A DNA stretch of 33,263 nucleotides from Macrostomum lignano (lineage: Eukaryota). The stretch's first letter is position 1. Each line of letters begins with the position of its first letter. The notes beneath the pieces are model-generated. The model worked only from the letters and a program-made list of their open reading frames with translations. It ran no database searches and was not told where the DNA came from. The stretch spans positions 1 to 33,263 of the forward strand of contig NIVC01003383.1 of assembly GCA_002269645.1 (NCBI GenBank). The letters are read 5' to 3'. The position numbers and the translations under genes are program-made. Positions 1-25,164 of this stretch are shown piece after piece.

Positions 1-1146
1 GGCTTCAAATGAATTATTTGTTCGTTTTATTTTCCTTTTTTGATACATTTTTGCTTGCTAGAGTTATTAGCTAGAAAAAATTGAAAAACAATTTTTTAGG
101 TTGCTCCTCTTTCTATTAGGGCCTACTAATTAGTCATATCAGCAAATAAACTGTTTGCCCTAAGTTTAATAATTGAATTTATATTTTATTAAGCTTAATT
201 GATTAATTGAAGCAATAGAGTCTTAATTATTCAACTGAGCTAATCTAATTCTATTATTATTATTATATTATATCATCCATCAAAAAAGTTATACTAGGCT
301 AGGGGCTAGTCTAAACTCTAAAGTAATAGTTAAAGAATATAGAAGTCAGTCCTAAAATTTCTTTTTAAATAGGCCTATTTAATATCATATTGCATTATAT
401 ATCTTAGATTTTATAAATTTTAATTGTTAAGGCAGTTGTCATTTTTTATTGTTTATAATTGCTTGATTTGATCATTCTCAAAACCTTTTCCTTTTTTTGT
501 AGTTGATTTTTTAAATGAGTAAAGACAGAGTTTATTTTTTAAGAAAAAATGGTTAAAGTGCTTACAAGTGTTAGGGGCCTAGGAATATCATATTAAAAGC
601 ACAAAAAATTCTGGTTTTGCAAGTGAATTGGCATTTGTTTATTTATAAAAAACATCACACTTGTCTAAAAACTAGAGTTAAAATCAGTAAAAAATAATGG
701 CAATGCTTAGGCCTATCCCCACAGTACTGTAAGAATAATTTCTGTCTTATTTCAACAGTACTATGGGGATAATTTTCTGCTTATCCGCATGGCACACTGA
801 TAAGATAGCTGCCCTATCTTCTACATATACTATAGGAATAATTTGGTTTATAGTTAATAACTTACAGTTTAAGTGCAGTATAACAACATAACTTTGCTTG
901 GCCATTAGTTTTATAAAAGTAAATATTTAATGGCCTTTTTATGCAAAAAACACTTTTTTGTATTTATGACATTTTATTTAAGGTAAATTGCTCTAGAATT
1001 GTTTATAATTTGAATTTTTAGCAAAGTCTAATCCCGAGATCCCCAAAAAGATGACCAGATTTTTAGTTCCCCATTCAATTCAAGGAAACTAAATCAACAA
1101 AAAATCAAATGTATACTATAGCAAAGAAAATCTTTTTAAAATTAAA

Positions 1147-1585
1147 TTAACAGCATTTTTGCAGTATAACATCTGAGTAGACTTTACACCAAAAAGATCT
1201 TTTCAATTGAACATCTGTGAGCTTCATGGCACATTCTGAATGCTGAAATGGAGAGATTTCTTTGTGCTTTTTTATCTGTTGTGGAGACACATTGTTCACC
1301 ATAGCAGCCAAAAACACCTGAGCTTGTTTGGCAATTCTGGCTAACTCAGCCTCTTTTTCTCGTCTGTTGAAAGCACAGAAAGAGGTGGGTTCAAACATTG
1401 TCAACATATTGAAAACTGAGATATAATGCTGACTGTGTCTGCTGACGTATCAGTGGACCTGACATGCCACGGCACAGACACATGCTGCAAGCAGTGGTTC
1501 ATCACACCAGTGGTCTGGTGCTCCACGTGGAGAGGAAAACCTTTCATATGAGGAGCCAGGCCCAAACCCATTGATCAATCCAAAC
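1147..1585 (-). pseudogene. Decayed open frame of unknown origin
   Basis: About 145 codons in one minus frame, interrupted by a single TGA at 1450-1452 and preceded by an AG acceptor-like site, embedded in very AT-rich DNA. No family recognised. Confidence 0.25.
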
Positions 1586-2749
1586 TAAATGTATATGTAT
1601 AGCTGTTCTACATGTTCTCTATACACTACATGTACTTTTTGCATTATAAAACATAAAACAGACAAAATTAAGTCTGTTTAATTTTGCTTGAAGGCTAAGC
1701 TACTGATATATAGTATACCAATGGTAGACTATTTGAACTAAATAAATATATAGTTCATATTCATACTATTTTCAGCTTATCTTAGCAATTCTAACTATTT
1801 TCAAATTTATACTAAGGCTTATTATAATCTTAATACTCATATATTATACAATTATTGTGGTTTAAAAGCAATAAGAAATATAGACTAATTATTGAAAAAT
1901 TAAAAGAATGTAAATAGTGCCTCACTCTAGTATATATTTGTTTAAATAGTTTAAGTAGCTTCTAGTTCTGAGTCATTTTATGGGATCATATGTATAGAAA
2001 CATTTTTATTGTATATATTATTTTAAGTTTCAAATATCAATTATGTAAATCATTCATTTTTTAAATTTTATAATGAAAAACTTTGCATTTGTATATAATA
2101 ATAGAAGTATATAAATTTTCATTTTTGAAACAATGTCTGAAATTTTTTAGAGATAGACCATAAAAATTAATCAAAACTTGACTAAATGTTGTTAAACAGT
2201 TGAAAACTTAATCAATTGTTTAGCTATTAGCTTTTTAAAGTCAAAAAGTTATGACAAGTGTGTGTTTATAACATTGTGCATTGGCACTAAACACATTTTT
2301 AAGTGATTGTAACTTTCTTCTATATAATCCCATGGAAATAAAACCTAATGCTTTCAATAGAAAAGATCTTTGTTGTTTTTTTATCTTATAATTAATTTGT
2401 TTTTTTAATAGCTATTAGTTTGTGTAAACTGATAATTTCTATTTTTGAAAGTGTTTATTTCTTGTGGAATGACCTTTATTTTCTTAATAATTCAGAAATT
2501 AAGTTGCTATTTATTTTTTATACATCTTTTTAGCATATCAGAATATAGATAGATTTACACTATATGAATGTTTTAGAGTTTTTCTAGGGAACAAGTAGAC
2601 ACAATTGTTGTCATGCGAGAGTTCTGTTTAGCCTGGCTAAATGGGTGGAATCTGTTGGGTGTCAATCAGGACACTGGAGTTAAAGTGCAAATAAGCTAAA
2701 CCCAAGAGCCACACCACCCTAGCAGCAGTCTGGAGTAGATGAATCTGCC

Positions 2750-2950
2750 TGTTAAAAGCGTTACCATGACAACAATTGCTAGTGATTGCAAATAACTCAA
2801 TTGTGACTCTAGCGACCCTTGTGACTTTTTACTGACTCAAACGACAAATATGACAGTGAGGTGACTGTTGAGAGCGCATCACGTGAATTGCAGAATCATA
2901 GAAGTCGCGAGAAAGTCGTCCAAAAGTCGTGTTAACTTCTACAGACTCAA
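2750..2950. promoter_or_regulatory. Putative promoter island
   Basis: Local CpG enrichment with the X-box (2760), an E-box CACGTG (2880-2885) and TCGCGAGA (2905-2912), just upstream of an exon-like GC-rich segment. Confidence 0.4.
2760..2773. promoter_or_regulatory. RFX X-box motif GTTACCATGACAAC
   Basis: Exact match to the X-box consensus RTHNYY-WT-RRNRAC. It sits where AT-rich, CpG-poor DNA gives way to a CpG-containing segment about 330 nt upstream of the ATG at 3100. Confidence 0.6.
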
Positions 2951-3099
2951 GTAGACTAAATGGATGTGGGTCTATGAATAAAGACCGGGTCCGATTTTAT
3001 TATCAAACTTCCCTCTGGCAATTTTAAACAAAAACTTTTCTGTAGCAGTTCCGGTTTTAACAGTAGTCACCTATTGTCAAAACTGCAGCCTGCCAGTTC

Positions 3100-4410
3100 A
3101 TGTGGCCAAAGCGACTCCGGCAATCCAGTTCGCAGCGGCCAAAAACAACAGCAACACCTCATGCCCCACCGGCCAAGCTCAGTGTGAACTCGCGACTGAA
3201 CCAGCTGCGTTACTATGGCAACCAGATGACTGCGCTTGATGCCCTGCGCAATGAGTTGCGTCAGTTTGCTGTTCGTCTGAAGGTGAGGCCTGAGGGCTTG
3301 CCGGATGCCAATGATATCTCAAGCATCCCAGATCCCCACTGCGCCAATATCCCAGATCCTCACTGCACCAATATCCCAGATCCCCACTTGCATCAATATC
3401 CCAGATCCTCACTGCACCAATATCCCAGATCCCCACTGCACCAATATCCCAGATCCCCACTTGCACCAATATCCCAGATCCCCACTGCACCAATATCCCA
3501 GATCCCCACTGCACAAATATCCCAGATCCCCACTGCACCAATATCCCAGATCCCCACTTGCATCAATATCCCAGATCCCCACTGCACAAATATCCCAGAT
3601 CCCCACTGCACCAATATCCCAGATCCCCACTGCACCAATATCCCAGATCCTCACTGCACCAATATCCCAGATCCTCACTGCACCAATATCCCAGATCCCC
3701 ACTGCACCAATATCCCAGATCCCCACTGCACAAATATCCCAGATCCCCACTGCACCAATATCCCAGATCCCCACTGCACAAATATCCCAGATCCCCACTG
3801 CACCAATATCCCAGATCCCCACTTGCATGCATCAATATCCCAGATCCCCACTGCACCAATATCCCAGATCCCCACTGCACCATCCAGATCCCCAGGCCAT
3901 TCCCAGTTCCCCACTGCGTTGCCCACAGCACCAGCTACTCCGCCCACCACCCGTCCCCAGGTGGAGGCCGTGTCCCTGTCCGACATGCAGCGAGCGGCTG
4001 GTCTGGACGGCTCGGTGGGCGATCTGGACGACAAGGACGCCGCCACGGTGGGGTTCAGCAGCGCTGGCAGCGGCATAAGCGGCGAGTACACCGCAGGCCG
4101 GGGCGCGGCGGCGGCTGCCGCTGTGTCGGCCGGCACCCGCGCCAGCAGCAGCAGCTGCAGCGGCGCCTGCTGGGACGATGCGCGCAGTTTTGCAACCACG
4201 GCGGCCGCGGCTTCCATTGCCGACACGAACGACACGGACTCAAACTCGGGCTCAGTTGATGACGAGGAAGATGAGGAGGCTGACGAGTACAAGAACGCTG
4301 TTAATTATGTATCCAGCCTCATGGATGCGGAGTTTAATGGCAGCTACAAGTCGGACACGGGGGGTGACGAGTCGTCTGACTCTGAGATCTACTCCGTGCA
4401 CCAGCTGTAG
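3100..4410 (+). CDS. Hypothetical protein, probably join(3100..3282,3961..4410), about 210 aa, low-complexity Ala/Ser/acidic C-terminus
   Basis: Two GC3-rich blocks flank a repeat array. There is a donor AAG|GTGAGG at 3283 and an acceptor CCCCAG|G at 3960, both phase 0. The stop TAG is at 4408-4410. An upstream acceptor (CTGCAG, 3088) means these could instead be the last exons of a longer gene. No family recognised. Confidence 0.55.
   Translation: MWPKRLRQSSSQRPKTTATPHAPPAKLSVNSRLNQLRYYGNQMTALDALRNELRQFAVRLKVRPEGLPDANDISSIPDPHCANIPDPHCTNIPDPHLHQYPRSSLHQYPRSPLHQYPRSPLAPISQIPTAPISQIPTAQISQIPTAPISQIPTCINIPDPHCTNIPDPHCTNIPDPHCTNIPDPHCTNIPDPHCTNIPDPHCTNIPDPHCTNIPDPHCTNIPDPHCTNIPDPHCTNIPDPHLHASISQIPTAPISQIPTAPSRSPGHSQFPTALPTAPATPPTTRPQVEAVSLSDMQRAAGLDGSVGDLDDKDAATVGFSSAGSGISGEYTAGRGAAAAAAVSAGTRASSSSCSGACWDDARSFATTAAAASIADTNDTDSNSGSVDDEEDEEADEYKNAVNYVSSLMDAEFNGSYKSDTGGDESSDSEIYSVHQL
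3308..3917. repeat. 24-bp minisatellite (CAATATCCCAGATCCCCACTGCAC), about 24 copies, intronic
   Basis: Read directly. Occasional 25-nt variants shift the frame. The unit has no stop codon in any + frame, which explains the overlapping ORFs. Confidence 0.95.
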
Positions 4411-4539
4411 CGCCCTCGCCTCACGCTTTGGCATTTCCTTTGTTTGATTTGGCGTTTGCATCGCATTGCGTGTTCCTTCCATGCGTATCTATGCCGTGAT
4501 TTGTCCTTTTTGCACTGATATTGACTCACCAGTCTTCAT

Positions 4540-4805
4540 GAATGTTTTACCAGTGTTCACGTGGGTTTCATTGATTTTCACATGGGTGTCATCGGTGTTC
4601 ACACAGGTTTCATCGGTGTTCACACGGGTTTCATCGGTGTTCACGCGGGTTTCATCGGTGTTTACGCGGGTTTCATCGGTGTTCACACGGGTTTCATCGG
4701 TGTTTACGCGGGTTTCATCGGTTTTCACGTTGGTTTCATCGGTGTTCACGCGGGTTTTATCAGTGTTCACGCGGGTTTTATCAGTGTTCACGCGGGTTTC
4801 ATCGA
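4540..4805. repeat. 21-bp minisatellite (GGGTTTCATCGGTGTTCACRC), about 12 copies
   Basis: Read directly. It lies about 130 nt after the 4410 stop, possibly in the 3' UTR. Confidence 0.93.
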
Positions 4806-7131
4806 TATACGCTCGCGGTTACGTAACTGATGCTCATGTACAAGATCTTCACGCGGACTTCATCAGTCTTAACTTAAGTTTGGTTGATGCCTTGATGGTG
4901 CTGATGGTCGCTCATTATACTCTTATATTGTAACCAAATTAACAAAAATACATTCTGTATAAATCATTACTTCACAAAGATTTCAAAACACGGTTTATTA
5001 AAGCCACGCTTCTTATCTTCTAATTTTTTATTTTTAGTATCTGCATGCAGTGTGATGCTCGTGCCATGTAAAGGCGGAATAGCGATTAAAACGCAGATTG
5101 GACCTTGTGTGTCGTTCCTTCCTCCATGGATGATATCAATAATAAATGTAAAAGCCAAATTGTAAGTCTGCAAATTTATAGTGCATGAACTGAGATGTAA
5201 AATTATGTAAATTGAAAGATGGTGCATGAAGCCAGAACAGCTCAGCAGTAAAACGCGCCTGACTTTCGCGCCACGATCCCTGTTTCGATACCGTGCGCGG
5301 CCGCATTGACGTCGAGATACAACTGCTTTCCCAGGTACGAGTAGTACATGTACCTGAAGATCTAAGTTGAGTAAAGTAAAATAATGTCCGGTCTTCATCT
5401 CTTCATCATCATTGTACTTATAGTTTCCCGCGTCATACTGTTTTCTCCACGGAATTAATGAGTTTTGGCCTTGTACTCCAATGACATCCGTCACGATGAG
5501 ACGTGTGAGTCCTCTCCTCTCGATGATCTTCAGGTACAGTATACTACACTATACATGTATATAACGTTATCCTGCCAAAAAATGCGCAGTCCGACCGAGT
5601 CTCTCGTCACGTCGAAGCTCTCATAGCTAATGCTTGCGCCTTCTCGAGCGACTCTCCGACTCAGTTTTAGTATACAGGAAGGAAGGCTTAATATTATTTG
5701 CAACTTTTGCTTTACATGCTGTATATGTACGGTTTGCATTATATGAAATAAGTTTATCATGTCATATTATTTAATCCAAAAGTATTCTTTGCGCCGAAGA
5801 CATTAATCTATAATGCTAAACATCTTTTACAACACTCAAGATCTGCTCCTGACGTTTCAACCATATATCCATGCAGATCCAGGTATATACAGATTCAAGT
5901 GGTACGGGTTCGGCTTTATTGCGGCTCCTCCAGACTTTTTGCTCTATTTCTTCAATTATTAAAATTGATTTTATAACATTTATAAATTTTTAATTTAGTC
6001 TTAAATAGCAGAAGTGTGTGAATTATTAATTTTCGTTTCCATGCAAGTTAGTTTTGTTTTAAATTTTTAATTTATGTTAACAACAGCGCTGTTATCAGTT
6101 CAATTTAAGTTATCTTTCGCAAAATAGAAAAATTAGCTTCAAGAATAAGAATTGCACTTTGCATTGCACCAACACAAACCGATAAATAATTCATTTTTTT
6201 GCTTTCCTAATTATTTTTGTAGGTGCAAGATATCGAAATAAGTTGTGCCACAACCAATTTTACCACTAATGAATTGTTTCCTGGCGTCTTAGCCTTCATA
6301 TGTGTTAAATTTTTTATTTTCTTTTTTCGACACGCATTCGATTACAATTTCGCTTTGATAACTTAGCGAAACTGTATGAAGTAAAATAGTATACAGTGCA
6401 GCATGAATTTTTATCACATGTATTTAGCAGGGTTTCAAAACAAATTTGAAAAATTAATGCTGCATTTTATTTTAAAAAGTAAATACGTTAGCGGAATTAA
6501 AAATTGAAAACATAAATCATACAGCATACATGACAATGACACATTTAGTTTTAAACTTTCAGGGGCTAGAAAGGTTTAGAAAAGCGGTTGAGCCGCTTTT
6601 CTGAAATCGATCACATACCTAGCAACCTAGATATCAAAAAAAACATTTTTAGTATACGGACAGGTGTTAAAAATCAATTATCTCATAAAAATCTGTGGTA
6701 AAATTTCTTTCAAAGTAGCAGCTTTGTTTTAAAGATGAAGATGGTTTTACTGTAGGTGTAGATAGTGCAACAGGAATTTGAAGCTGTAAGAAATTAGCAC
6801 CTGACATCTCTCCATCATTCTATTTGCTTTTTTATTTTTTCCGATGTGCCCCTGTGTGTAAACAAAAATAATGTTTGGATACTTCTTTTTTGTGAAATGA
6901 AATTCGTGACTTGCAAAAAAATGATGTTTCAAGTTTTACCATAATATATATTTAGCCTTGAGTATACTTTTAAGATAGGACAATTATATTCAGAAGGCTT
7001 GATATTTTTGACTAATTATATAACACATTTTATGCTCTGTTATACAAAAAGAAATCCAAAATGAAAAGAAATGAATGAATGGCCCCCTAACAGCATCGCT
7101 CGCCCTTTCAGCCAGCTGCGCCCATTCCATC

Positions 7132-21128
<13,997 letters not shown>

Positions 21129-21996
21129 AGACTACAAAACTTTGCCCCGAAAGCAAACTTTCAATATTTTTTGCTCCAGATTCAGGACACCTCAGATGCC
21201 AATTATCTAACTGCTTTGTACCTCTCATTAACGTTAATCAGACACTACTCTGGAATCTGTTAATAGCGTGTGATATCAGCGTAAGCATCCTTACTGCCCT
21301 TCAGCGTCCCCGGCTGGCTCGCAAAGCATCTGGGGACAAGGAAAGTACAAGATCAAATATTTATTAGCTTCACAATGCTCTAGAGCTGACAACTGCGCAA
21401 CCTGTGTAAACAGTCGCACGCACCTTGATATACCTTTAATAAAATGATTTTGCACCAAGGTTGAGTCGGATGTATTAAGCATGGATTGCAATATTTTGCA
21501 CAACTTTATAATTCGATGTAGAATGATGGCTGCGCCAAAAATAGCACAGTACATGACACGGAATTCCCACTTACCTGAAACCTGTTTTGATTTATTTTTT
21601 GAACTAAATAAAAATTAACATATTGTCTGCCCTTGTCTCTTGTTACTACAACTTTCGCACTTATGCAATCATTCTTGTTATTCATTTAAATCGAAAAAAT
21701 AAAAAAACTGGGATTATTCTGTTGTGTCCCGAGACGGACCAGCCGGCTTCGTCTCGCGCTCCGTACGAGCAGGGAGACTCAGCCCCAGTCCTGCTGCTTG
21801 CCAACCCGCTGTCGCACAAACGCGCAGGCAGTAGGCCGGCAACCAGGGTCGCAGCGAACGCACAGGCCCTGGTGACGATGTCCTACTGGCACTAGACCCC
21901 CTAATAGCAGAAGCAGGACGATACTTACGGTGGCACAGGTTGCTCAACTTGGTGCTCTAGGCGTCTCTGTGTAACTACGATGTGTAACTGTGTAAC

Positions 21997-22460
21997 TCTG
22001 TCTCTGGCAACCTGCTCGGTGTTGGATCTGCCCGGGCGGAAGCCGCTTTGGAGGCTCAGCAGCAGCGGGTTGAGGCCAGGCAAGAGGCAGTTGCGCAGAG
22101 TTGTGTTCAGCAGCTTAAGCGTTGTGCATTCTAGCGCGATGCCCCGCTGGTTGTCCATTGGAGATGCACCATTGCTGAGGAACTGAAGCGGAATCGTTGC
22201 CTCTAAAGCTGCAGTGCTGGTTCAGCAAACTGGTGATGATTGGGGCAATGGCGAGTTGAAGGCACCAGCAACAATCATGACAGAGTCACGAGCAGGGATG
22301 GAATCAAGCATGCAGCCCAGAGTGTTGTAAAGGATCTTCGCAGGTCCGGGGGCCGTTGGAGCATAGGCTCTGCGACGAGGGCGCCCGTGCTGGGCTGCTG
22401 GTGAATGCTCAAATGACGGAGGCGCTGCGCGGAGGCACGAATACCGCCCCAACTCTCACG
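21997..22460 (-). mobile_element. Decayed non-LTR retrotransposon (RTE-like) fragment: APE endonuclease piece joined to the start of the RT region
   Basis: The minus-strand translation gives YAPTA...MLDSIPARDSVMIVAGAFNS (APE-like), then DNQRGIALECTTLKLLNTTLRNCL...QSGFRPGRSNTEQV (cf. NYRGIAL...QSGFRPGRS of LINE RTs). There are frameshifts and a large internal deletion. Confidence 0.75.
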
Positions 22461-22529
22461 CTCCCTATAGGAGACCACATCGCGGTGTGCGAGGACGCCT
22501 GGTGATGAACCGCCCCGAAGCGATTGTCT

Positions 22530-22960
22530 CCGACAGGAGGAACCAGAGGAACAACCTGAAGGTGCGCCTGTTCCGCGCGGCCGTCGAGCCGATCCTCCTG
22601 TACGGCATGGAGGCTGTGCCGCTGACCGAGACGCGAGAGCGAGCCCTGGACGCGCTCTACCGATCGCTGCTGCGCTACGCGCTGGGCGTGCACTACCCAG
22701 AGCGCCTGTCGACCAACACTCTGATGTCCCGCGCTGGAACTCCGCCCCAGAGCGCTACCCTGCGCCGGCGCCATCAGATGCTTCTGGGCCACTGCCTACG
22801 GACTCTGGGTCGCGGTGCACCCGTCTCTTTGGCCCTGCTGCACCGGCCGACCGAGCAGTTGCGCCGCGGCCAGGCCCACACTGCAGCTCTGACTGACTGC
22901 CTCATCGCTGACTTGCAGGCGCTTGAGCTGAGCCCCTCAGACTGCTGCTGCCTGCCCCTT
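22530..22960 (+). mobile_element. Decayed non-LTR retrotransposon (RTE-like) ORF2 C-terminal fragment
   Basis: KVRLFRAAVEPILLYGMEAVPLTETRERALDALYRSLLRYALG...LRRRHQMLLGHCLR matches the post-RT C-terminal region typical of RTE-clade ORFs. Confidence 0.75.
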
Positions 22961-23068
22961 CCGACTGTTCTGCAAGCGCGTGCGCGCAAGGGGCCTCCCC
23001 TCTGCGTCCTAATATCAATATTTATATATACGCTCGTATATCAATATTTTATTGAACAGGTAACAGCG

Positions 23069-23275
23069 TATGGGGTCCCAGCTGCAGCAGGGGCGCCAGT
23101 TACAGCGTGGGCGCCAGCTACAGCGGGGGCGCCAGTTACAGCGTGGGTGCCAGCTACAGCGGGGCGCCTTCTACAGCGGGGCGCCAGCTACAGCGGGGCG
23201 CCAGCTACAGCGGGGTGCCAGCTACAGCGGATGGGGGTGCCAGTTACAGTGGGGGGCGCCAGCTACAGCGGGGGA
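23069..23275. repeat. Degenerate 18-20-bp minisatellite (GGGGCGCCAGCTACAGC), about 11 copies
   Basis: Read directly. Confidence 0.88.
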
Positions 23276-23987
23276 GCCACCCTCCGCTTGTGCAACCTCT
23301 AATCCAGAGGTAATCAGTCTAGAGAGCGGAATTAATTAAAATTTTGCCTAAGTCATTGCAATACAAGACGATCACTCGTAGACGGTTTTTTCCCGACAAC
23401 TGAATATAATTTTATTTGCCACAAGGAATTGATTTAGATGGAATGAAATAGTTGCACTATACTACTTTCAAATACAAAGTAGATCCATTTCTTGTTTCTG
23501 GAGCTGAAGCCTTACAAATAATTTAGTTTATACAATCAGAGCTGTAAAATTATTTTTTATTGACAAAAAAGTTTCTTGAACACTAGTTTTGATTAATTAT
23601 ATTACACATGTTGTTTTGGCATTTCTGTCATTCGTTCATTCATTTCAGTTTTAGTCTACCCAAGGGAATTCCCTTTTTAGACCCATGCCACGCAAGCAAC
23701 TCGCTATCGTCCAATGAGATGAGAGGAATCATTCCATTCCTCAAGGTCACAGTGAACTTGGCGTCAAATCCCTATTATACTGAGGTTCGTGTGGACTGTG
23801 GAGAGTTTTGAATGTGAACTGCAGAACAGACACGTTTGCTTTTCCACTTAATTCTTACAAAACGACAACAGGAATCAGGATATTAATTATTAGAACACTA
23901 TACAGAAATGGGTTATAAGAAATATAGTCCATTTTGCAAATCTATAAAGATTTTGCTACTACTTTCTTTTATGTACTTTACGACAAG

Positions 23988-24432
23988 ACTGGATGCAATT
24001 GGCATTGATCTATCCAAGCCCAAGATACCGGTTACAATGAACGAATTCGACTATGACAGTAAGTTTTTCCGGTCGCAATTTATTATTTTTACTTCTCATT
24101 TGATCTTAAAATTTGTATTTGCATTATTGTAAGATTCATATAGTCATTTGATTTTCATCCTTTGACCTGTTATCAAGTCAAGATAATAATTAAGGCATAT
24201 TATATTGTGCAAAAGCAGCAAAACATTAACAAGTGTTACTTCAGTCTATTATTTTCATTATTATGTAAATAATAAAAAATCGCTAAATTTTCAGAGCTAC
24301 CAGTTTATTGCGAAGGCAGCACAAATCACTTTCCATGCAAGGCTGAAAACGGCGAAGTCTACTGTCTACCCAACTCCTTGAAATGCCGAATGAAGTGCAC
24401 TAACGATGCCGACTTTAAATGTGAACACTCTG
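23988..24432 (+). pseudogene. Orphan spliced fragment with an LDLa-like Cys module: putative exons 23988..24058 and 24295..24432
   Basis: GTAAGT donor at 24059, TTTCAG acceptor at 24294 and GTGAGT donor at 24433, with compatible phases (1/1). The translation LDAIGIDLSKPKIPVTMNEFDYDKLPVYCEGSTNHFPCKAENGEVYCLPNSLKCRMKCTNDADFKCEHS resembles two truncated LDLa modules lacking the DCxDGSDE half. No start or stop was found. Confidence 0.4.
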
Positions 24433-25164
24433 GTGAGTACTTTTTGAATATTCGATTTACAAATGCTAATTCAGATAGTAGGCAATAGACATTGTCACAA
24501 CAGACTTGTTTTGTTGTTTTCGCTGAGAACTTGGGCCGAACTGGCAGACTCAAAGCGGGAAATAAAAACATTATTATCTGCTTCTTCATGTTTGCCAATA
24601 ATACTAATAGATAAAGCAGTTAAGTGCACATTTTTATTAACATTGCCTTAAATGAATGTAAGCGATACGGACGGCCTACTTTGTTAAAAAATCGCCGCGG
24701 AAGTGCAGAATGGAACAGAGTCAAGTCAGAGAGATAAGAGATCGGATAGATAAAGTGACCAATTTATTTAACTGCCCTCCAAACTTGAGCTGAGACCCCA
24801 CCTCACCGTGAACCCACCCCCTTGCGCCCGCCCTGTGCAATGCCAGTACAGTGAATGAATTCACTTATAATGAAACTGGGCTTGCGGCTTTCATTTAAAA
24901 GCTTAAATGATTGCGCAAATTCAAGGCTCAATTCAATTAACTGCAAATGCTGAGCAAGGGCATATTGTTTAGGGAATTAGGGGGGGGGGGCTGCGGAGCA
25001 AATTGGCGCGCGCGTGTGGGGCGGCGCCTTTAATCCTATGCTCTCTGATTCTCACTGTCGATTGCGCGCAATAAACAAAATCAATCGCCTTTATAAACTG
25101 CACCGGTCTCAGTCGCCTTTGTTATAGTAGAGCAAATTCTGTCTATCTTACTCAATCGCAAAAT

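Noticed and set aside
3179-4292. Multiple alternative-frame ORFs over the 24-bp array
   Set aside because: They come from a stop-free repeat unit. Only the 3100 frame has coding-like flanks with matching splice sites.
4466-4933. ORFs over the 21-bp array (VSSVFTR / TDETRVN repeats)
   Set aside because: The unit is 3n and lacks stops, and the flanks are not coding-like.
6578-6602. 10-bp-stem hairpin AGAAAAGCGG-TTGAG-CCGCTTTTCT near CTAG, suggesting a Helitron 3' end
   Set aside because: The nearby CTAGs are not followed by T as the Helitron A|T target requires, and no 5' TC end or Rep/helicase remnant was found.
23070-23339. ORFs with LQRG / ASYSG repeats and the 3' part of the 271-aa ORF
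   Set aside because: Translation of the minisatellite. Only about 22530-22960 is LINE-like.
23671-23790. Possible additional exon upstream of the LDLa-like fragment
   Set aside because: It has plausible splice sites, but its phase-0 donor does not match the phase-2 acceptor at 23987 and it shows no recognisable motif.
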